Positions 17,888 to 22,992 of a stretch of 22,992 nucleotides of DNA are shown in pieces (positions within the stretch are counted from its first letter, which is position 1; each line of letters starts with the position of its first letter). Origin of the DNA: an uncultured bacterium (GTDB lineage: Bacteria; Lernaellota; Lernaellaia; Lernaellales; Lernaellaceae). The notes under the pieces were generated by a model, which had not been told where the DNA came from, did not search any database, and was given only the letters and a program-made list of their open reading frames with translations. Where the stretch lies: NCBI GenBank assembly GCA_964534375.1, contig CAZHPN010000044.1, positions 13,150-36,141 on the forward strand, given 5' to 3'. The position numbers and the translations under genes were made by a program.

Positions 17888-19783
17888 ATGCTCGACCTGC
17901 TGTGGCTCGCCCCGACCCTGCCCCTGCTCGGCTTCGCCGTGCTGGCGCTGGCCGGCGCGCGGCTGGGCCGGACGGGCGCGGCGGCGGTGGGCGTCGGCAG
18001 CGTCGGGCTCTCGGCGGTCGTCGCGCTGGCGGCCGGCGTCGAACTTTTCCAGTTGCCGGAACTGAGCCGCGTCTTCACGCAAAAACTCTGGACGTGGTTC
18101 GACGTCGCGGGCCTGGTCGTGCCGTTCGGCCTCCATTTAGACACGCTGTCGCTGGCGATGATCGTCGTTATCACCTTTGTGGGCTTTCTGATTCATCTCT
18201 ATTCCGTCGAATACATGGCCGGCGACGAGAGCTTCGCCAAGTTTTTCGCCTACATGAACCTCTTCGTCGGCTCGATGCTGCTGCTCGTGCTCGCCGACAA
18301 CCTGCTGCTGCTCTATCTCGGCTGGGAAGGCGTCGGCGCGTGCAGCTACCTGCTGATCGGCTTCTGGTGGCGCGACCCGGCGAACGACGCGGCCGCGCGC
18401 AAAGCGTTCATCGTCACGCGCGTCGGCGACGCCGCGCTGGCGATCGCGCTGTTCATCCTCTATCGCCATTTCGGCACGTGGCAGATTCAGGAATTGGCGA
18501 CGCGCGCGACGGCCGAGTGGGCCGTGGGCTCGCGGTTGGCCGTGTGGACCGCGGCGCTGTTGCTCGCCGGCGCGGTCGGCAAATCCGCCCAATTGCCGTT
18601 GCAGACGTGGCTGCCCGACGCCATGGCCGGCCCGACGCCCGTGTCGGCGCTCATTCACGCCGCGACAATGGTCACCGCCGGCGTCTATCTCATCGCGCGG
18701 ACGCACGCGCTGTTCGAACTGGCGCCGGATGTGCAGTTGCTCGTGGCCGCGGTCGGCGCGGCGACGCTGCTGCTTGCGGGCTTCGCCGCGCTGGCGCAAA
18801 CCGACATCAAGCGCGTGCTCGCTTACTCGACGATCAGCCAGATCGGCTACATGTTTCTCGCGCTCGGCGTCGGCGCCTATTCCGCGGCGCTGTTTCATTT
18901 CTTCACGCATGCGTTTTTCAAGGCGCTGCTCTTCCTCGGCGCCGGCGCGGTGATCCTCGCCTGCCACCACGAACAGAATATTTTCCAAATGGGCGGTTTG
19001 CGCCGGCGGCTGCCGTTCGTGTTCTGGACCTTCGCGATCGGCGGCGGCGCGCTCGCCGGGTTCCCGCTCGTCACCGCCGGCTTCTACAGCAAAGAATGGA
19101 TTCTCGGCCAGGCCTGGGCGTTCCCCGGCGCCGGCCCGGCCTTGTGGGCCGCGGGCCTCGCCGGCGCGTTGCTGACCGCGCTGTACACGACGCGCCTGAT
19201 CCTCATCGTGTTCTTCGGCGAGCCGCGCACGCCCGCCGCCGCCTCCGCGCACGCGCCCGGCTGGCTTATCACAATTCCGCTGGCGGTCCTCGCGGTCGGC
19301 TCGGTCGCGACCGGTTTTCTCGAGATGCCCGAATGGCTGGGCGGCGCGTCGACCTTCGGCAACGCGCTATTCAGCGTATTTTCCAAGACGCCCGACGGTC
19401 CGGCGGCGGACACCGAAATGGCCCTCGCCGCGCTGGCGACGGCCGTCTGCTTCGCCGGCATCGCCTTCGCTTACTGGCTCTACGGCCCCGGCCAGGCGCT
19501 GCCGCGCGCGCTCGCCTCGCCGGCCGCAGCGGCGGTCGCGAGTTTCTGGCGCGGCGGCTGGGGCTTCGACACGCTCTATCGCACGTTGTTCGTGCGGCCA
19601 TTCGTCTGGCTCGCGGCGCTTAACCGCGCCGACGCCGTCGACCTGATCCCGGCCGCCCTCGCCGCGATCGCCGGCGCGTTTCATCGGCTGGTCCGGCTCT
19701 CGCAGACGGGCCGCGTGCGCTGGTACGCCGCGGTGATCGTCGCCGGGGCGATCGCCATTCTCACGCTGGCGGTGTGGCGATGA
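17888..19783 (+). CDS. nuoL: NADH-quinone oxidoreductase subunit L
   Basis: GWEGVG, KAFIVTRVGD, GKSAQLPLQTWLPDAMAGPTPVSALIHAATMV, HAFFKALLF, GFYSKE. Confidence 0.97.
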   Translation: MLDLLWLAPTLPLLGFAVLALAGARLGRTGAAAVGVGSVGLSAVVALAAGVELFQLPELSRVFTQKLWTWFDVAGLVVPFGLHLDTLSLAMIVVITFVGFLIHLYSVEYMAGDESFAKFFAYMNLFVGSMLLLVLADNLLLLYLGWEGVGACSYLLIGFWWRDPANDAAARKAFIVTRVGDAALAIALFILYRHFGTWQIQELATRATAEWAVGSRLAVWTAALLLAGAVGKSAQLPLQTWLPDAMAGPTPVSALIHAATMVTAGVYLIARTHALFELAPDVQLLVAAVGAATLLLAGFAALAQTDIKRVLAYSTISQIGYMFLALGVGAYSAALFHFFTHAFFKALLFLGAGAVILACHHEQNIFQMGGLRRRLPFVFWTFAIGGGALAGFPLVTAGFYSKEWILGQAWAFPGAGPALWAAGLAGALLTALYTTRLILIVFFGEPRTPAAASAHAPGWLITIPLAVLAVGSVATGFLEMPEWLGGASTFGNALFSVFSKTPDGPAADTEMALAALATAVCFAGIAFAYWLYGPGQALPRALASPAAAAVASFWRGGWGFDTLYRTLFVRPFVWLAALNRADAVDLIPAALAAIAGAFHRLVRLSQTGRVRWYAAVIVAGAIAILTLAVWR

Positions 19784-21264
19784 TGTTGCCGGGCCTCATT
19801 GCCATTCTGCTCGTCGCGGGCCTCGTCGCTTGGCCGCTGGGGAATCGCCGGCCGTGGGCGGCGCGCTGGATCGCGCTGGCGGCGACGCTCGCCGATCTCG
19901 CCTGGATCGCGGCGAATCGCCCGACGACCGTGGCCGCGACGTCCGCCCCGTGGGCGTTGGAATTCAACCGGCCGTGGATCGCCTCGTTCGGCGTGCGCTT
20001 CCATCTCGGCATGGACGGCCTGTCGTGGGCGCTGCTGCTGCTGACCGCCTTTTTAGGCGCGATCGCGGTGCTCGCCTCGTGGAAAGAAATTCAGGAACGC
20101 GTCGGGTTCTTTCATTTCAATTTGCTGTGGACGCTCGCGGGCGTGACGGGCGTTTTTCTCGCCGCCGACATGTTCCTGTTCTACTTTTTCTGGGAAATGA
20201 TGCTGATCCCGATGTATCTGCTGATCGGCATTTGGGGCCACGAACGGCGCATTTACGCGGCGACTAAGTTCTTCCTTTTCACGCAGGCGGGCGGCCTGTT
20301 GCTGCTGCTGGCAATCGTCGGCCTCGCGTATTTCCACCGCCACGCGTCGGGCGAACTCACCTTCGACTATATCGCCCTGCTCGACACGCCGATGTCGGCG
20401 ACAGCCGCGCGCTGGCTGATGCTCGGCTTTTTCGTCGCCTTCGCCATCAAGCTGCCGATGTTCCCGTTCCACACCTGGCTGCCCGACGCGCACACCGAGG
20501 CGCCGACCGCCGGCAGCATCATCCTCGCCGGCTTGCTGCTCAAGACCGGCGCGTACGGCCTGCTGCGCTTCGCCGCGCCGTTCTTCCCCGGCGCGTCGCG
20601 CGAGTTCGCCCCGTTGTTCATCTGGCTCGGCGCCATCGGCGTGCTCTACGGCGCGGTGCTGGCCTTCGCGCAAACCGATTTGAAGCGCCTCGTGGCCTAC
20701 ACGAGCGTCAGCCACCTCGGCTTCGTCCTGATCGGCGTTTACGCCCTCAATCGCGTGGCGGCGCAGGGCGCGGTCATGCAGATGATCTGCCACGGCCTCT
20801 CGACCGGCGCCTTGTTCGCGCTTGTCGGCGCGCTGGCCGAACGCGTCCACACGCGCGACATGAGCCGCCTCGGCGGCCTCTGGGGCGTGGCGCCGAAGAT
20901 GGGCGCGGCGGCGCTGCTCTTCGCGATGGCGTCGCTCGGCTTGCCGGGTCTCGGCAATTTCGTCGCGGAGATATTGGTGCTGGCCGGAAGCTGGCGCGTC
21001 GCGCCGCCGGCGACCGCCGCGGCGGCTTTCGGCCTCGTGCTGGCGACGGTTTACTCGTTGCACATCGTCAAACGCGTGTTTTTCGGGCCGAACCCGCAGG
21101 CCTGGCGCTTCCCCGATTTGACGCCGCGCGAGGCGGCGATGTTCGGCGCGATGGCCGTGGCGCTGATCGCGCTCGGTTTGTTTCCCCAGGGCTTGTTTGA
21201 CGCGGTCGCCCCGGTGCTGGCGCAATTGGGCGGCACGCCGGAAACGCTTTTCCCAGGTTGGTGA
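19780..21264 (+). CDS. nuoM: NADH-quinone oxidoreductase subunit M
   Basis: ATGA overlap with nuoL; FFWEMMLIPMY, KLPMFPFHTWLPDAHTEAPT, LLKTGAYG, LGLPGLGNFVAE. Confidence 0.97.
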   Translation: MMLPGLIAILLVAGLVAWPLGNRRPWAARWIALAATLADLAWIAANRPTTVAATSAPWALEFNRPWIASFGVRFHLGMDGLSWALLLLTAFLGAIAVLASWKEIQERVGFFHFNLLWTLAGVTGVFLAADMFLFYFFWEMMLIPMYLLIGIWGHERRIYAATKFFLFTQAGGLLLLLAIVGLAYFHRHASGELTFDYIALLDTPMSATAARWLMLGFFVAFAIKLPMFPFHTWLPDAHTEAPTAGSIILAGLLLKTGAYGLLRFAAPFFPGASREFAPLFIWLGAIGVLYGAVLAFAQTDLKRLVAYTSVSHLGFVLIGVYALNRVAAQGAVMQMICHGLSTGALFALVGALAERVHTRDMSRLGGLWGVAPKMGAAALLFAMASLGLPGLGNFVAEILVLAGSWRVAPPATAAAAFGLVLATVYSLHIVKRVFFGPNPQAWRFPDLTPREAAMFGAMAVALIALGLFPQGLFDAVAPVLAQLGGTPETLFPGW

Positions 21265-21270
21265 GGCGGC

Positions 21271-22707
21271 ATGACGGAACTTTGGCAGCCCACGTTGACG
21301 CCCTTCGCGATCCTCGCAGGCGCGCTGCTGGCCGCGCTGGTCGCGTTGGCCGTGCGCCGCGATCACCGGGTCGTCGCCGGCCTCGCGCTGGCCGGCTTCG
21401 CCGGCGCGTTCGCCTCGCTGCCCGGGCTGCCGGCCCCCGACCCGGCGGCGAGCGCGTTCCTGCTGGTCGACCACTTCGCCGTCTTCTTCATCGGGTTGAT
21501 GCTCGCCGGCGCTTTCGCAACGACGCTGCTGGCGTTCGCCTACCTCGAAACCCACCGCGGCCACCGCGAAGAATTCCACCTGCTGCTGATGCTGGCGACG
21601 CTCGGCGCGATGACGCTCGCCGCGGCCGTCAACTTCGCGAGTTTCTTCCTCGGGCTCGAAATCCTGAGCGTCAGTTTGTACGGCCTGATCGCTTATCCGC
21701 ATTTCCGGCGGCAGGCGCTCGAAGCCGGCGTCAAATACCTCATTCTCGCCGGCGCGTCGTCCGCCTTCCTGTTGTTCGGCATGGCGCTGCTTTATTTGCA
21801 CGCCGGCCGGCTCGATTTGCCGGGCCTCGGCGCGGCGCTCGCCGGCGGCAAGCTCGCGACGGCCCCGGGGTTTGTCGTCGCGGGGGTCGCGCTGTTCATC
21901 GTGGGCCTCGGCTTCAAGCTGGCGCTCGCTCCGTTCCACATCTGGACGCCCGACGTCTACCAGGGCGCGCCCGCGCCGGCGACCGCGTTTCTGGCCACGG
22001 TCTCGAAGGCCGCCGCGGCGGCCTTCCTGCTGCGCTTTTTCCGCGCCGCCGACCTGGCCGTCGGCGACCCGCTTTGGACGACCTTCGCCGTCATCGCCGT
22101 CGCCTCGATGTTCCTCGGCAATCTGCTGGCGTTGCGGCAGGACAACGTCAAGCGCCTGCTGGCCTATTCCTCGATCGCGCACCTGGGCTACGTGCTGGTC
22201 GCGTTTCTCGCCGGCGGCGATGCCGCCGTGCGGGCCGTCGCGTTTTACCTGACGGCCTATTTCGCCACGACGTTGACGGCGTTCGGCGTGATCGCCGTCT
22301 TGTCGCCGCGCCACCGCGAGGCGGAGACGCTGGCCGATTTCCGCGGCATGTTCTGGCGGCGGCCGGTCCTCGGCGCGCTGTTCGCGGGCGCAATGCTGTC
22401 GCTCGCGGGGATCCCGCTCACGGCCGGCTTCGTCGGCAAATATTTTGTCGTGGCGGCGGGCGTCGAAAGTTCGCTGTGGCGGCTGCTCGTCGCCCTGGCG
22501 ATCAACAGCGTCATCGGCGTCTTCTACTATCTGCGCGTTGTCGTCGCGATGTACCAGACGGACGACGCCTCGCCGGCGCGCGCGCAGGTTCCGGTGTTGT
22601 CCGTGGCCGGCAGCGTGGCCCTGGCGGCCCTCGCCCTCGCCATCCTGCTGCTGGGCATCCTGCCCGAGCCGCTCCTCCGGATCGTCGGCGCCGTCTCGCT
22701 GCGCTGA
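21271..22707 (+). CDS. nuoN: NADH-quinone oxidoreductase subunit N
   Basis: LEAGVKY, FKLALAPFHIWTPDVYQGAP, KRLLAYSSIAHLGY, LAGIPLTAGFVGK, YYLRVV. Confidence 0.97.
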   Translation: MTELWQPTLTPFAILAGALLAALVALAVRRDHRVVAGLALAGFAGAFASLPGLPAPDPAASAFLLVDHFAVFFIGLMLAGAFATTLLAFAYLETHRGHREEFHLLLMLATLGAMTLAAAVNFASFFLGLEILSVSLYGLIAYPHFRRQALEAGVKYLILAGASSAFLLFGMALLYLHAGRLDLPGLGAALAGGKLATAPGFVVAGVALFIVGLGFKLALAPFHIWTPDVYQGAPAPATAFLATVSKAAAAAFLLRFFRAADLAVGDPLWTTFAVIAVASMFLGNLLALRQDNVKRLLAYSSIAHLGYVLVAFLAGGDAAVRAVAFYLTAYFATTLTAFGVIAVLSPRHREAETLADFRGMFWRRPVLGALFAGAMLSLAGIPLTAGFVGKYFVVAAGVESSLWRLLVALAINSVIGVFYYLRVVVAMYQTDDASPARAQVPVLSVAGSVALAALALAILLLGILPEPLLRIVGAVSLR

Positions 22708-22740
22708 TCTGCAGAACACGGATATCCATTTTACCGCGGC

Positions 22741-22790
22741 TTGCCTTTTGTCCCGAACCGGCGGTATCGTCCGTTCGGGGGCGACAAAAA
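22741..22790 (+). promoter_or_regulatory. Imperfect inverted repeat overlapping a possible promoter downstream of nuoN
   Basis: TTTTGTC-CCGAAC...GTTCGG...GACAAAA arms (22746-22789); TTGCCT-N18-TATCGT (22741-22770). Confidence 0.35.
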
Positions 22791-22811
22791 ACTCAAGAAG
22801 GGAGAACCACG

Positions 22812-22992
22812 ATGCCGGCGTATTTGGAACGCACGACCGCCCAAAAGGTGCGCGACCTTCTCAACGCATTGCACGCTGCCCCGTCGCCCACCGCTTCCGC
22901 CCGCGAAATTGAGACGTTGTTGATTTCCCGCGTGCGGGCGCGGCGCGACGACCCGGCGGCCCGCCAACGGCTGCGGGAACTGCTCGCCGATT
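22812..22992 (+). CDS. Hypothetical protein, 3' end outside the window
   Basis: AAGGGAG RBS, then ATG at 22812. The frame is open to the window end: MPAYLERTTAQKVRDLLNALHAAPSPTASAREIETLLISRVRARRDDPAARQRLRELLAD. Confidence 0.65.
   Translation, partial: MPAYLERTTAQKVRDLLNALHAAPSPTASAREIETLLISRVRARRDDPAARQRLRELLAD

Noticed and set aside
20053..22719. 888-aa minus-strand ORF and other long antisense or alternate-frame ORFs across nuo (e.g. 12526-14601, 13017-15185, 17902-19623)
   Set aside because: Arg/Ala/Gly-rich, no motifs, and fully overlapping well-supported nuo genes; expected from GC-biased codon usage.

Overview
GC-rich bacterial window with three parts. (1) 1-2548: the 3' part of a Cache/HAMP sensor histidine kinase and a sigma54-dependent NtrC/AtoC-type response regulator. 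(2) About 2550-8100: an accessory-looking islet on the opposite strand. It holds a decayed IS5-like transposase fragment and two modular secreted lipoproteins (Cys-rich modules joined by near-identical poly-Asp linkers; one has a 7-repeat beta-propeller). Between them is a structured spacer with two C(UUCG)G hairpins. Upstream lie a candidate sigma54 promoter with an IHF-like site and a palindrome, and an orphan cluster of 9-bp GCGGGAGTG repeats in nested inverted orientation. (3) 8128-22707: a complete E. coli-type complex I operon, nuoA-B-CD-E-F-G-H-I-J-K-L-M-N, with fused NuoCD and a long NuoG carrying the N7 motif. A nested palindromic repeat element sits between nuoCD and nuoE, and a truncated ORF follows nuoN. 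The host looks like a deltaproteobacterial/Myxococcota-like lineage, inferred only from protein style. All family assignments come from motif recognition by eye; no searches were run.
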